Notes under the pieces: model-generated
What the model saw: only the letters and a program-made list of their open reading frames with translations
The model's database searches: none
Told to the model about the DNA's origin: nothing
IMG/VR virus record: IMGVR_UViG_3300030105_003283
Span: 1 to 58,856 of that record
DNA length: 58,856 bases
DNA from: a virus
Taxonomy: Duplodnaviria; Caudoviricetes
Strand: one strand, 5' to 3'
Translations under genes and position numbers: made by a program
In this document: one piece after another, positions 37,847-47,532 of the stretch
Layout of the letters: every line of letters starts with the position of its first letter
How positions within the stretch are numbered: position 1 is the stretch's first letter

Positions 37847-38930
37847 TGAGCATCTCCTTGATAGAAGATTCTAGGAATTTGACCAGCTCGGGTTTTTCTG
37901 CCAAGAAGTTGTAAAGATTATCCTGACCCTGAAACTTAAAAGCCTTCCCTAAAGCCTCTTCATCGTCAACATTTACCTCTGGCTTTATCTTCTTTGCCAT
38001 TTTTTTACAATCACTCATAAATACGCAGTTAAACCAAGCTCCTGCCTTTTGTATTAATCCTAAGTCACAAGCAAGCATTAGTGTTTCTTGAGTCTTGTCT
38101 ATACCATGACCATATCTAATATAGCTCTGAACCTGCCCGCCCGGAGGCCCCATAGAGGAACAGATTATTTTCCAGTTTATTACCTGTCCTATTCTATCAC
38201 CACCCGCGCTTGTCCAAGGTGAAACCGCAGACACTCTCTCTCCGCCGCCAGAAATCTCCATTCTTGTGTCTGCTTGATACTGAATCTTATTGCCTCCGTC
38301 AGACATCTTATGCTTACCAAAACCAGCCGTATTTGCAATGTAGTGAGTTACGGCAATGATCAGCCCTCGCTGTCTTGGAAGAAGTTGTCCTATCTTCTTG
38401 GTGAAGATTGAGAGAACCTTTGGAAGGCCTGCCCGTCCCGGAGTCATATCTCCATCTAGCTCTTTTGCCGGAATAAGAGATGAGATAGAGTCAATTATAA
38501 GAACTCCTCCATAGTAGTCGGGGTGGCTCATTAGCTTATGCGCCACGTCCAAGAAGTCTTCTGCTGGAAGAGGCGTGTCTTCTGGGTGTACAATCTTCAT
38601 CTTGCTTGGGTCAAGATCATGCACTTCAAAGTTCATATCCTTTAATCTACCCTCTACATCTAGGTAGATAATAGGCCTTCCTTCCTTCTGGCAGTTGGCA
38701 GCTATTTGCATAGCGGTAGTTGTTTTTCCACTCTTAGGATCTCCTGTGAGTGTTAGCCAAGAACCCTCCTTTATACCTCCACCTAGAGCAATATCAATTG
38801 CTGGGCTAATAGAGATAGTCTTGTAGTTCTTTTTTTCCTCTAGGACGTCAAGACCATTAGATATTATATTGCCGTACTCTTTGAAGATTTTAGCTAGGTA
38901 TTCAGGTTTCTTCTCTGTCGTTTTTGCCAT
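37839..38930 (-). CDS. recA: RecA/UvsX-like recombinase
   Basis: IDIALGGGI, GDPKSGKTT, YLDVE, IIDSISSL, GGNKIQY, YGHGID, KAGAWF. Confidence 0.88.
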   Translation of the reverse strand: MAKTTEKKPEYLAKIFKEYGNIISNGLDVLEEKKNYKTISISPAIDIALGGGIKEGSWLTLTGDPKSGKTTTAMQIAANCQKEGRPIIYLDVEGRLKDMNFEVHDLDPSKMKIVHPEDTPLPAEDFLDVAHKLMSHPDYYGGVLIIDSISSLIPAKELDGDMTPGRAGLPKVLSIFTKKIGQLLPRQRGLIIAVTHYIANTAGFGKHKMSDGGNKIQYQADTRMEISGGGERVSAVSPWTSAGGDRIGQVINWKIICSSMGPPGGQVQSYIRYGHGIDKTQETLMLACDLGLIQKAGAWFNCVFMSDCKKMAKKIKPEVNVDDEEALGKAFKFQGQDNLYNFLAEKPELVKFLESSIKEMLNG

Positions 38931-39396
38931 TCTCTATGTTCCTAATTTTTGAAAATAATGTATTTGTCTTTTGTGGCGTCCTAGCTTTGTACTGAGTGTT
39001 TTCCGGCAGCTCCAACACCTCCTTCGTCTTGGCCTTTTCTTTTTCTAATTCTTCAACAGCCTTAGACACACCCCTTTCTACAAAATTAAGAGGCAAAACA
39101 AATTTGCCAGAGCCATGCAGAAACCCCAGCGAATATACTTTTCTTGCGCCGGGGCTATTGATGTAGCGTATAAGAGCCTCTTCTCCGAACTTCTTTATGA
39201 GCTTATGAGCAACCCGTACCTGAGTTTGATACTCATCGGTATGAGACTTGCTCCAAAACTTATATTCTAAACTGCCTCGGTTTTCTTTTTCGCTTCTACG
39301 TATACAAACCTTTTCAGCGGCATACTGAGCAGAACTACATTCCTGTCCGGTTGAGGCACTCTTGAACTTTCGGGTTGTTTCTTTTTTTTGATTCAT
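38902..39396 (-). CDS. Hypothetical protein
   Basis: 164-aa coupled ORF. Confidence 0.6.
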   Translation of the reverse strand: MNQKKETTRKFKSASTGQECSSAQYAAEKVCIRRSEKENRGSLEYKFWSKSHTDEYQTQVRVAHKLIKKFGEEALIRYINSPGARKVYSLGFLHGSGKFVLPLNFVERGVSKAVEELEKEKAKTKEVLELPENTQYKARTPQKTNTLFSKIRNIENGKNDREET

Positions 39397-39850
39397 TTTT
39401 AAAAATCATTCTTTTCAAATTTTCTTTAGATAACTTTCTAGTAGAAACGCGTTGTTCAAACTCGTTATGAGGCCAAACGTATTTGCGTACATCTATTTCA
39501 GAACAGTCATCTTTCAACAGGCATACCGTCAGCGTTTGGTATGATTTAGAATAGGAGCCGTCAATAGCTTGATCTTGAGCCACGCCTCTTACTACGGAGA
39601 TTCCATCGAGACCCGAGGAGTCCTCAAAAAACACTTCCTGCGTGGCGCCAAACATATAGAGTTGAACCTTAGACGGAAGAACTTTATTTTCTTCACAATA
39701 TTTTTTTAACCTTGTCCAAGGATTGTCAAAACCATTCCGTTCGTAATCGCCATATACAGTGGTTCCATCTGTAAGTGTTATCTGCCAGCTAATCATTAGC
39801 TCGTGATGACAGAGGGTCTTCATGTAACCATCAAATTCAGTGCAGAGCAT
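39335..39850 (-). CDS. Hypothetical protein
   Basis: Start refined to ATG 39850 just after upstream stop. Confidence 0.6.
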   Translation of the reverse strand: MLCTEFDGYMKTLCHHELMISWQITLTDGTTVYGDYERNGFDNPWTRLKKYCEENKVLPSKVQLYMFGATQEVFFEDSSGLDGISVVRGVAQDQAIDGSYSKSYQTLTVCLLKDDCSEIDVRKYVWPHNEFEQRVSTRKLSKENLKRMIFKNESKKRNNPKVQECLNRTGM

Positions 39851-39851
39851 A

Positions 39852-40157
39852 TTAGTCTTCCTTAATCTTGTGAATAACCCCTTCATATCTTTTTGGATTT
39901 GGAGACTCTGCTTTTCTCCGACTCTTATTGTCATCTCCTGCCGTGGAAGCCGCTTCAGTCATTACCGTAACGCCGCGATCTTCTTTTCTTGCAAAAAGTT
40001 CTGATGTACGAGTGGGATTTTCCTGATCGTTAATCTCAACGTAGCGAGAAACAACCTTTACGGATCTCTCAAGCTTGTTAGCGATATCCTCTGTACTCAT
40101 AGACTTGTTGCTATCAATAAAGTCTTTCTCTTTTTTAGAGAGTGGTCCCTTTTTCAT
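39852..40157 (-). CDS. Small HTH-like DNA-binding protein
   Basis: LSKKEKDFI..MSTEDIANKLERSVKVV. Confidence 0.55.
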   Translation of the reverse strand: MKKGPLSKKEKDFIDSNKSMSTEDIANKLERSVKVVSRYVEINDQENPTRTSELFARKEDRGVTVMTEAASTAGDDNKSRRKAESPNPKRYEGVIHKIKED

Positions 40158-40158
40158 C

Positions 40159-40506
40159 TTAGGTCTCCATTAAAAATCTTCTAGCTTTGGTAAAATACAA
40201 TCTGTTTTTGCTCTCAAGGTACTTAGTATAACTTTCAAAGGTTTTTTGTGACACCTTTTTAAACTTATACATATGGGACTGTCTGCGGGAGGAGGCGTAT
40301 GACGAATCCGCCTGATGTGGGTCTAGAAGCTCATTTCTTCCGTACTTAATATAGAAGGAGGTAGATCCGCTTGAGGACTCAACCATCTTCGCTACAGCCT
40401 TCTCTTCTGATACGTCTTTGCCATTTAGGTCGACAAACTTTGTCTCAATCTTTTCTGGATCCGGTATGTTCATCCCAGTAACATCTTCATTCTCCCATCT
40501 AGCCAT
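40159..40506 (-). CDS. Hypothetical protein
   Basis: 115-aa coupled ORF. Confidence 0.6.
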   Translation of the reverse strand: MARWENEDVTGMNIPDPEKIETKFVDLNGKDVSEEKAVAKMVESSSGSTSFYIKYGRNELLDPHQADSSYASSRRQSHMYKFKKVSQKTFESYTKYLESKNRLYFTKARRFLMET

Positions 40507-40729
40507 TGAGTTTCTCCAATTTTTCTTTTACTATTTTTATACAGTCGGCCTCAGTGGGACCGCTTACGCAAATCTGGGCTTTTGTAGACATATTATATTT
40601 AGAAAGTAATGAATTTCCCATAACCATTGGGTCTAGACTTCCGTCTTTATTCATCTTTCTTATATCAATCTTGAGCGTTATTGTCGCGTGGTGTGGCCAC
40701 GACCGCCTTTCTAAACCATTAGTCTCCAT
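40499..40729 (-). CDS. Hypothetical protein
   Basis: 76-aa coupled ORF. Confidence 0.55.
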   Translation of the reverse strand: METNGLERRSWPHHATITLKIDIRKMNKDGSLDPMVMGNSLLSKYNMSTKAQICVSGPTEADCIKIVKEKLEKLNG

Positions 40730-41060
40730 TGCGTATCCACTTCAGTTTTTGCGTTTCGGTCATTGTGTTTATCTTTCTATGCATACTTCGTGTTTTTTGA
40801 CCCTCTCTGCTTTTGTTTATACCGTCTTTTTCTTTTTTGTCCGACATTTCATAGCTACCCATTTTTTCAGTGTTTCTATCTGCAAGCTGTCCTATAGTGG
40901 TGGGTTCACCCCTAACAAACATCGCGGGAGCATTTATGTAGATTTTAACTAGAGTGTTTTTCTCACAGTGCGGACACTCGTGAGACTCTGGATCATTGTG
41001 TCTTTGAAATATTTCTGTGTAGTACGCGCACGCCTGACACTCGAAGTCGTAGGTTGGCAT
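40719..41060 (-). CDS. FmdB-family zinc-ribbon protein
   Basis: MPTYDFECQAC..E..CPHC; GGAG RBS and own promoter. Confidence 0.8.
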   Translation of the reverse strand: MPTYDFECQACAYYTEIFQRHNDPESHECPHCEKNTLVKIYINAPAMFVRGEPTTIGQLADRNTEKMGSYEMSDKKEKDGINKSREGQKTRSMHRKINTMTETQKLKWIRNGD

Positions 41061-41074
41061 CTCTATCTCCTTTT

Positions 41075-41103
41075 ATTCTACAATATTATAAGCTGTTAGT
41101 CAA
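41075..41103 (-). promoter_or_regulatory. sigma70-type promoter
   Basis: TTGACT-17 nt-TAGAAT upstream of the FmdB-family gene. Confidence 0.7.
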
Positions 41104-41112
41104 GGAAACTAC

Positions 41113-41790
41113 TCATAATTTACAAAGTATTTTTGAGATAATTTTATTTCTAACAATATCACTTGAATCTAGCTCACAAATAGACACTCCTTCAACATCG
41201 TTTAACCTGTCCATGCACACATCCAAGCCTCCATCAGAGCGATAGTCTAGGTCTGTCTGATCAATGTCTCCATTGATTACAACTTTTGAACCAAGACCTA
41301 TTCTGGTTATAAACATTTTTATTTGTTCATAGGTAGCGTTTTGAGCTTCGTCAAGAATCATAAATGAGTCATGAAAGTTTCTCCCACGCATGTATTCCAG
41401 TGGACACAACTCAATAGAGTTATTGGATCTGGCAGAGTTGTATGTTTCCGTGCCTAGATATAGCTTCATTTCTTCGACTACGGGAACTAGGTATGGTTGT
41501 ATTTTTTCGGTAAGACTTCCGGGCAAAAAGCCAAGACCTCTACCAGCTTCAACAACAGGCCTTGTTATAATAATTTTCTGAACCCTGCTATCTAGAAAAT
41601 GTTGACATGCTAAACCTACCGCAACGGCGGTTTTTCCTGAGCCAGCGGGACCAGAGCAAAACGTAACATCGCTTTCTGCCATACATCTAATATAGTCCGC
41701 TTGATTTTCTGATTTGGCTATTAATTCTTTTCTACGCGGTTGAATTCTTTGCTTGTCTTTACGAGGCTTCTGATTTCTACGCTTGGGCAA
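41113..41790 (-). CDS. phoH: PhoH-family ATPase
   Basis: GPAGSGKT, ITRPVVE, LGFLPG, YMRGRNF, ILDEAQN, GDIDQTD. Confidence 0.93.
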   Translation of the reverse strand: MPKRRNQKPRKDKQRIQPRRKELIAKSENQADYIRCMAESDVTFCSGPAGSGKTAVAVGLACQHFLDSRVQKIIITRPVVEAGRGLGFLPGSLTEKIQPYLVPVVEEMKLYLGTETYNSARSNNSIELCPLEYMRGRNFHDSFMILDEAQNATYEQIKMFITRIGLGSKVVINGDIDQTDLDYRSDGGLDVCMDRLNDVEGVSICELDSSDIVRNKIISKILCKL

Positions 41791-41802
41791 TTTTAATAAC
41801 TC

Positions 41803-43089
41803 CTAATAAGGGTTTGTCGGGGCAGGAAGATCTCTAACTACGGTGTCTCTAACCAATACTATGTCGCTTGTGTCATTTTGATAGGATATTGTCCCCTCTA
41901 GGTTTCCACCTTGGGTATCGCCTCCGGAATAACTAAAGCCAGTTAAATAGTTTTTCTTGCCGAGATCCCACACAAAAAAATTGGGGGTTGCGGTAAATTT
42001 CTTAGCTACTAGTTTTATTTCTCTATTTACGTATTGCCAGTCTTTAGAGCTAGTGCTTCCATCCGCCGCTGAAAATGTGGTGTCTGTGTTTGGCAGGTAT
42101 GAAGCAGGGGAACTTCTTCTTGGGAATGGCTGCCTTAATACACCTGTAAAGGATGCCGAAACCTGTATGGGCAACACGACGTGTCTCCAGAGATTTTGCA
42201 ACCCCTGATCAATAGAGCCTCGCCATTTTCCAATATCTGCCACTTCTGAATAGTCTATGGAGACGTCTACACTTATGGAGCTTAACCCAAGTATGTCCTG
42301 CAACGTTCCCGGAGCGCCTTCGCTCTGAGTATCGCCGGTGTCGTTTTGAGCCTTAAACATTCTTGTAACCTCTTCCGGAAGAACAGAATATCTTGTGCCC
42401 CAGTCGGGGCCGGTGTTTAAAAGATCTAGATCGCGAGACTTTAAAACGTTTCCCGACTGTACGCCGGTTGGAAGGGTGTACGCGGAAGTGGTTATGTTCT
42501 CATTGTAGGTAGCTCCCCTAGTTGTAAACGTAATCACTTCCATTATCGAACCCCCTATTGCCATGCTATAGCTAATAGAAGTCGCTAGGCAATTTCTATA
42601 GGTGGCTTGAAACACTTTTGTGTTATCGTCGAGTCTGTTCTTGGTGTCCTCGCCATAGAGTATTGTTATGTCAAAATTTCTTATGGATTTTGAATTAGGG
42701 TTTGTTGACCCCTGACATCCGATGTTGTCGTCTTTAAGTATGTGACAATCTTTGTATCCCACGTCACTAGCGATATAGCTAGAAGCGTTAGCGTGATAGA
42801 AAAAGTTGTCCGTTTCCGTTATTACTCTCTCAATAGTTACCTCAAACTGCTGTTGTGAATAGTAGTGGTATTTTTTCTGGAACCTACCCACATCCATTAG
42901 CGATGAAGATGGGTTATCAGAACTAACCCCAACACTCTGTACGCCAGTAAGAAAGGTGGAATCTGTAGGGTCTGCATCGCCCGTCTGGGTTAATCTGCCC
43001 CAGCGGTCTCCCGTTTTGTTTACAAGAACCCCCATGCACGCATAAAACATGCGTCCGTTAAATTCACTAAATGGATATACATCAGCCAT
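41803..43089 (-). CDS. Putative virion structural protein (tail-tube-like, internally duplicated)
   Basis: T/S/G/N-rich beta character; two similar segments GVQSVGVSSD..MDVG and GLSSISVDVSID..ADIG. Confidence 0.5.
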   Translation of the reverse strand: MADVYPFSEFNGRMFYACMGVLVNKTGDRWGRLTQTGDADPTDSTFLTGVQSVGVSSDNPSSSLMDVGRFQKKYHYYSQQQFEVTIERVITETDNFFYHANASSYIASDVGYKDCHILKDDNIGCQGSTNPNSKSIRNFDITILYGEDTKNRLDDNTKVFQATYRNCLATSISYSMAIGGSIMEVITFTTRGATYNENITTSAYTLPTGVQSGNVLKSRDLDLLNTGPDWGTRYSVLPEEVTRMFKAQNDTGDTQSEGAPGTLQDILGLSSISVDVSIDYSEVADIGKWRGSIDQGLQNLWRHVVLPIQVSASFTGVLRQPFPRRSSPASYLPNTDTTFSAADGSTSSKDWQYVNREIKLVAKKFTATPNFFVWDLGKKNYLTGFSYSGGDTQGGNLEGTISYQNDTSDIVLVRDTVVRDLPAPTNPY

Positions 43090-43091
43090 AA

Positions 43092-43520
43092 CTAAACCCC
43101 GCTACTTCCAAAACCGCTATCGCCCCTGATTGAGTCGTCTAGACTGTCAACCTCTAGCATTTCGGTTTGTGGAAGCTTATGAAAAATAATTTGAGCAATT
43201 CTGTCTCCCTTGTTGATTTCAAAATTAATTCCTGAAGAGTTATATAGACAGACCTTTATTTCCCCTCTGTATCCCGAGTCGATAACTCCCGCAAAAACGT
43301 CTATTCCTTTTTTTGCCGCGAGGCCAGATCTAGGCCAGATAAGTCCAACATGACCATCTGGAATTACTAGAGATATGGCCGTTGAAACAAGTTTTCTCTT
43401 TGAAGAAATTACAAAGGTCTGCTCAGATGAATACAGATCCCATCCAGCATCATGCTCATGTGCCCTTGTTGGGACACTGGCAATATCTAAGAGCTTTTTA
43501 CATTTTATATTTATTGTCAT
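43092..43520 (-). CDS. dut: dUTPase (trimeric)
   Basis: AGWDL, PRSGLA, GVIDSGYRGEI, GDRIAQ, RGDSGFGSSG. Confidence 0.95.
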   Translation of the reverse strand: MTINIKCKKLLDIASVPTRAHEHDAGWDLYSSEQTFVISSKRKLVSTAISLVIPDGHVGLIWPRSGLAAKKGIDVFAGVIDSGYRGEIKVCLYNSSGINFEINKGDRIAQIIFHKLPQTEMLEVDSLDDSIRGDSGFGSSGV

Positions 43521-43534
43521 AATTCCGTTTCCTT

Positions 43535-45736
43535 TTATACCACTTCACAGCTTCCACCACTACAGGCCCATTCTTGTTCTGGCTTTACATTGTTTTCTTC
43601 TTCGATAACATGTGTAAAGTCAACATCTTGATATTCTCTTTTCATATCAACCCACTCCTTCCAATTATACACATCCTTCATGCAATAGGTCAACCTTCTT
43701 ATGTCTCCCTCAAAATATCTGTCTGCAAACTTCTTACACCTGTCCGCCCATTCCCTTTTACCATTTCCCTTTATCTTCTCACCCACGCCCAGTACGGAGT
43801 CACAGGCAGCCCATAGATTGTCTTCCCACAGATTCAAGGCCACCTCTATTAATCCGCTCACAAACAAGGATGCGTCCCCATAATGAGAAACTTGCTCAGT
43901 GGGTAGGTAAATGGTAGTAAATGGAGCTTGGGGATAGTCTTTGTCTCCTGTTATTGGCAGAAGAGAAATTCCACAAAAGTATTTTCTATTTTTATAAATA
44001 TACGATTCAACCTCGTCCCACTCGTCGGGCTTTACATTGATTGTGTTCGACACGTTGTGAACGAGCCAAGGCTGTGTACAAAGCTTCTTGTTGGTTCCGG
44101 GAATTACCCAGCTTTGTTGAGTGCTTTTGACGTAATTTAACAGATCCAATGCTCCCACTTGGTTTTTAGTCTTGGAACCAGCGGGAACCTCTACACAGAA
44201 TCCTACCACGTCATCGCTTTCATTGTTTGACCAAACGGATTCCTCACAAGCTCTAGGGTTGACCCCTTTAAAATAGTTATAAATAGGCTCCATCTTATTT
44301 GCCTGTACTCGCCTTATATATCTTTTGGCGTGATGGGGATGTATACCACTAGAAGTTCCCAGTATACAGCTCGATGTTCCTTCTGGTTTGATACAGGTGG
44401 TTCGAGCGGCTTGATTTACTCCTATCTTTTTTGCCAATGATGCGTTTTCCTTCTTTACTATGCTGGCTCCCTTTTTCTGGGTATCGGGATCTAAACAGAT
44501 GTCGGGACTCTCCATCATTCCGGTCATTGAAACACCAAGAAGGGCTTCTCTCCTGATGATGTTCTCAGAGGTCTCTCCTAGATATTCAAAAGTGTCAAAC
44601 CCAGCCTGAAGTGTTCCTATAATTGACGCCGCCTTACACGCATCATAAAAGTCTTCTTCTGTTTTTATTTTTGAACAGTTTATTGTGCTTAAATTACAGG
44701 CTTGCCAGCCGCTTTTACCAGTGGTCTCGTCTACTGGCCACATTCCAATCTCAACGCATGGATTAACTATTAGTTCAGTAGAGTCAGACCACACAAAGCC
44801 GGGCTCGCCAAAGTCCTTGACTGAACTCATAAGTTCTGAGAACTGTTTCTTGGTGGTTTCATTTCTTAATAATAGGGCTGAATTGTTCGATCTGCCTCGC
44901 TGAGGATTTTCAATAAACCAGTTGCCCGTTTTAGCCTTGGCCATATCTTCGTCATCGGGACTGAATAAACATATGGTTGCGCTTCTTCTGACGCCACCAC
45001 TAATCACAGCGTCTGCCGCGTGCATTACTATGTCGTATGCCTGAATTGGCGATAGTTTTCTTATAGAGCCTTGGCAGAATTCTAAGTCTATGATAGCCTT
45101 ATCCAAAAGCTTTTTTATGTTTGATAGTGCATTCTTAAGGGGTTCTGGGCCCGGAGCTTTACCTCCACTTGACTTAAGAACAGATCCGGCAGGCCTGATT
45201 TCAGAATAGTCAAAGGTTACATTCTTAGCATTGTATTCTGGAAATAGGTCAGCTTGATCGAAATAACTCGAAACCAAAACTCCCACAGCATCTGACCATC
45301 CCTCTATAGAGTCTGGAATAACAAACTTCTTTGTTCCGTTCTTGTTTTTAACCAGAGGAGGGAGTTTGTCCATGTGGTGCTTTTGAACAGAAAAGCCTGT
45401 GCCACACCCACACAGAAGAAGGTACATACACTCTTGGAAAAACCTCACCCTGTCAGTAAAGGAGGTAATGCAGTTATAGATTCTTGCATTGTGCTTAAGA
45501 ATGGGAGAGCCTCCAAATTGTAGCGCCCTCTGGCTTCCCAGTATCTGTTTCTTGAGCATTTTTTCATACGCCCATTCAATATCTTCTAGCACGTCTTCGT
45601 GCGAAGAGTATTTATCAAGCATCATTTTCTTAACTCTGTCAACAGCCTCTGCCCAAGTTTCCCTTCTCTTTTTTTCTGGTATCCATCTTGCATACTTAGA
45701 AACGAAGGTGTAATTCATGAGCGACTTTATAGACAT
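43535..45736 (-). CDS. nrdJ: Class II (adenosylcobalamin) ribonucleotide reductase, monomeric-type
   Basis: RRETW, YNC, GCGTGFSV, GGVRRSA, NPCVEI, CNL, TTCIKPEGTSS, C-terminal CSGGSC; no nrdB in window. Confidence 0.88.
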   Translation of the reverse strand: MSIKSLMNYTFVSKYARWIPEKKRRETWAEAVDRVKKMMLDKYSSHEDVLEDIEWAYEKMLKKQILGSQRALQFGGSPILKHNARIYNCITSFTDRVRFFQECMYLLLCGCGTGFSVQKHHMDKLPPLVKNKNGTKKFVIPDSIEGWSDAVGVLVSSYFDQADLFPEYNAKNVTFDYSEIRPAGSVLKSSGGKAPGPEPLKNALSNIKKLLDKAIIDLEFCQGSIRKLSPIQAYDIVMHAADAVISGGVRRSATICLFSPDDEDMAKAKTGNWFIENPQRGRSNNSALLLRNETTKKQFSELMSSVKDFGEPGFVWSDSTELIVNPCVEIGMWPVDETTGKSGWQACNLSTINCSKIKTEEDFYDACKAASIIGTLQAGFDTFEYLGETSENIIRREALLGVSMTGMMESPDICLDPDTQKKGASIVKKENASLAKKIGVNQAARTTCIKPEGTSSCILGTSSGIHPHHAKRYIRRVQANKMEPIYNYFKGVNPRACEESVWSNNESDDVVGFCVEVPAGSKTKNQVGALDLLNYVKSTQQSWVIPGTNKKLCTQPWLVHNVSNTINVKPDEWDEVESYIYKNRKYFCGISLLPITGDKDYPQAPFTTIYLPTEQVSHYGDASLFVSGLIEVALNLWEDNLWAACDSVLGVGEKIKGNGKREWADRCKKFADRYFEGDIRRLTYCMKDVYNWKEWVDMKREYQDVDFTHVIEEENNVKPEQEWACSGGSCEVV

Positions 45737-45817
45737 ATATATATCCTGTTCCTTATATCAATTATTTGTTTACTTGCAACACTGGGGTCTCTTTGACTTA
45801 AGCTTCCCTCTATCAAT

Positions 45818-45846
45818 ATTATATACTATAGATTGCCTTTTGTCAA
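45818..45846 (-). promoter_or_regulatory. Consensus sigma70 promoter for nrdJ
   Basis: TTGACA-17 nt-TATAAT. Confidence 0.85.
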
Positions 45847-45911
45847 ATTTTTCTCGTATAATTCCTCAACTATACTACAATCCATTCTATCGTCATAAAC
45901 ATTAAGGCTTA

Positions 45912-46208
45912 TTACCTGTCCAGCTTGGAGATTAGAACGTCAAACTTTTCGTTGAGCTTATCGTTGATTGCCAGCTTGCAGTCTACGACACTTTCTTCGA
46001 GAGAGTCTATTTTTGTTTCTATTTTCACCTCAAGACTTACTACTTTGTCTTCTATCGAGGTCATTCTACGGTTTAATGCATCGTTCACTTTTTCCTCCAA
46101 TAGAATAATTTGTTTACTATGGCTAATCATCGTAAGTAAAACCCAACCCAAGAGGGGTAGAGCCACCAACTGAATGAAACTGCTTATCATTTCCCATGAG
46201 TCTGGCAT
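45912..46208 (-). CDS. Membrane protein with coiled coil (holin-like)
   Basis: One N-terminal TM (FIQLVALPLLGWVLLTMI) followed by heptad repeat; GGAG RBS before ATG 46208. Confidence 0.5.
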   Translation of the reverse strand: MPDSWEMISSFIQLVALPLLGWVLLTMISHSKQIILLEEKVNDALNRRMTSIEDKVVSLEVKIETKIDSLEESVVDCKLAINDKLNEKFDVLISKLDR

Positions 46209-46228
46209 AATTGTTCTCCAATGAATAT

Positions 46229-46264
46229 AAAAAAAGAGGGGTGAAAGAGTATCCCCCACCCCTC
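46229..46264 (-). terminator. Intrinsic terminator
   Basis: GAGGGGTGGGGGA-TAC-TCTTTCACCCCTC followed by T7, just after the 224-aa gene. Confidence 0.8.
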
Positions 46265-46282
46265 ATTTTAAAACCTGTCTTA

Positions 46283-46957
46283 CTACATACCAGTAATGGC
46301 TTTGTAATTGAAGAAGTCTCCACCACTAGCGACAGTGAGCGTCACGAAGTCAACCTTCATAACTAACTCACCCGGAATTGCCCGAGTTGGATTAGCAGCC
46401 GAGTCGGTGCGTTGATTAGTCGAGTTACCAGCAACTGGGTCCCAAGGGTTGTTGCCCGTGAGAGTGGTAGGTTTAGCAACCGCAGTACCGGCAGCATTGA
46501 GCCACAAGTATCGCGAATTAACCTTGTTACCGTTGTTGAAGAACCCAACGCGAGCAAATCGGTTCTTTCTCATCAGGCTCGTAGTGTCGGCACCAAAATC
46601 ATGCTCAAACTGATGAATAGCGTCTACTACGCTACCTTGACCAGTGATAAGAATGTTGGTCTTAGCAACGCCAGAAAGTGTAGAGCTGCTTGCGGCAATA
46701 ACGTATTTACCAGCGGCCTCATAGCCAAATGTGCCAGCGGACAGAAGCTTGAAATTGGAACTTAAGCCATCAGCAATTTCTTTTGGCCTTGTGCCATCAG
46801 CGAAGTCGGTAGCATTATCTTTTAATGCCAAAGCTTTGGTAATTACCGTTCCGGTGGTTACATTACTTAAAATAGTGCCACCCTCAGTAGCTTCACCGGG
46901 AAAGGCTCCCCCAGTAGTGTTTACCAAGTAGGCGGCCTGATTAGCAGGAACTGCCAT
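46283..46957 (-). CDS. Putative abundant virion protein
   Basis: A/G/T/N-rich, strong AAGGAG RBS, own terminator. Confidence 0.5.
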   Translation of the reverse strand: MAVPANQAAYLVNTTGGAFPGEATEGGTILSNVTTGTVITKALALKDNATDFADGTRPKEIADGLSSNFKLLSAGTFGYEAAGKYVIAASSSTLSGVAKTNILITGQGSVVDAIHQFEHDFGADTTSLMRKNRFARVGFFNNGNKVNSRYLWLNAAGTAVAKPTTLTGNNPWDPVAGNSTNQRTDSAANPTRAIPGELVMKVDFVTLTVASGGDFFNYKAITGM

Positions 46958-47049
46958 AATAGATCTCCTTTGAAAAATTAGTTAAACTTAATACTATATC
47001 TTGTCCCAATTATCCAAAAAAAATCCAGTTCCACCCTAGTATACACAAA

Positions 47050-47532
47050 TTATACCAACTGGCCGTTACTTTTTCTACAAATTTTTATAGCCCTTTTTAA
47101 TCTTCTTCTAGCCGTTTCTCTGCTATATCCATTGGCCTTCGCTATTTCTACCATAGTCATGTTACCAATATATCTTTGTTTTAAGATATCGGAAACATCT
47201 CTCGGTAGTCCAGAAAGCACATCCATAAATTCCCCTGAAGAATCTCTGTAAACAGAGTCGGATTTGATAAAGTCTAGCTGAAGACTGTCGAGATATAACA
47301 TCTGCTTCTTCTTTTTTAGTTCATTCTTGTAGGCAAAAGAAAGCTGCTGATATAGATAGGAGGTGAACTTTGCACCTCTAGAAGCATCGTACTTATCTAT
47401 ACACTTCCACAGAGTGATCATCTTTATAGAATCTATCTCATCTCTGTCAATGGAGCGATTGTACCTATTAGATACAGCGTTCATTATGTTTACAATATTA
47501 GGGTCTTTCAAAAGTTTGTCAATTTTATCCAT
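47050..47532 (-). CDS. Phage sigma70-family sigma factor (regions 2 and 4)
   Basis: LWKCIDKYDASRGAKFTSYLY (region 2) and MTMVEIAKANGYSRETARRRLKRA (region 4 HTH). Confidence 0.85.
   Translation of the reverse strand: MDKIDKLLKDPNIVNIMNAVSNRYNRSIDRDEIDSIKMITLWKCIDKYDASRGAKFTSYLYQQLSFAYKNELKKKKQMLYLDSLQLDFIKSDSVYRDSSGEFMDVLSGLPRDVSDILKQRYIGNMTMVEIAKANGYSRETARRRLKRAIKICRKSNGQLV

Noticed and set aside
45737-45817. Cobalamin riboswitch upstream of the B12-dependent RNR
   Set aside because: Leader is only about 75 nt and lacks a B12-box
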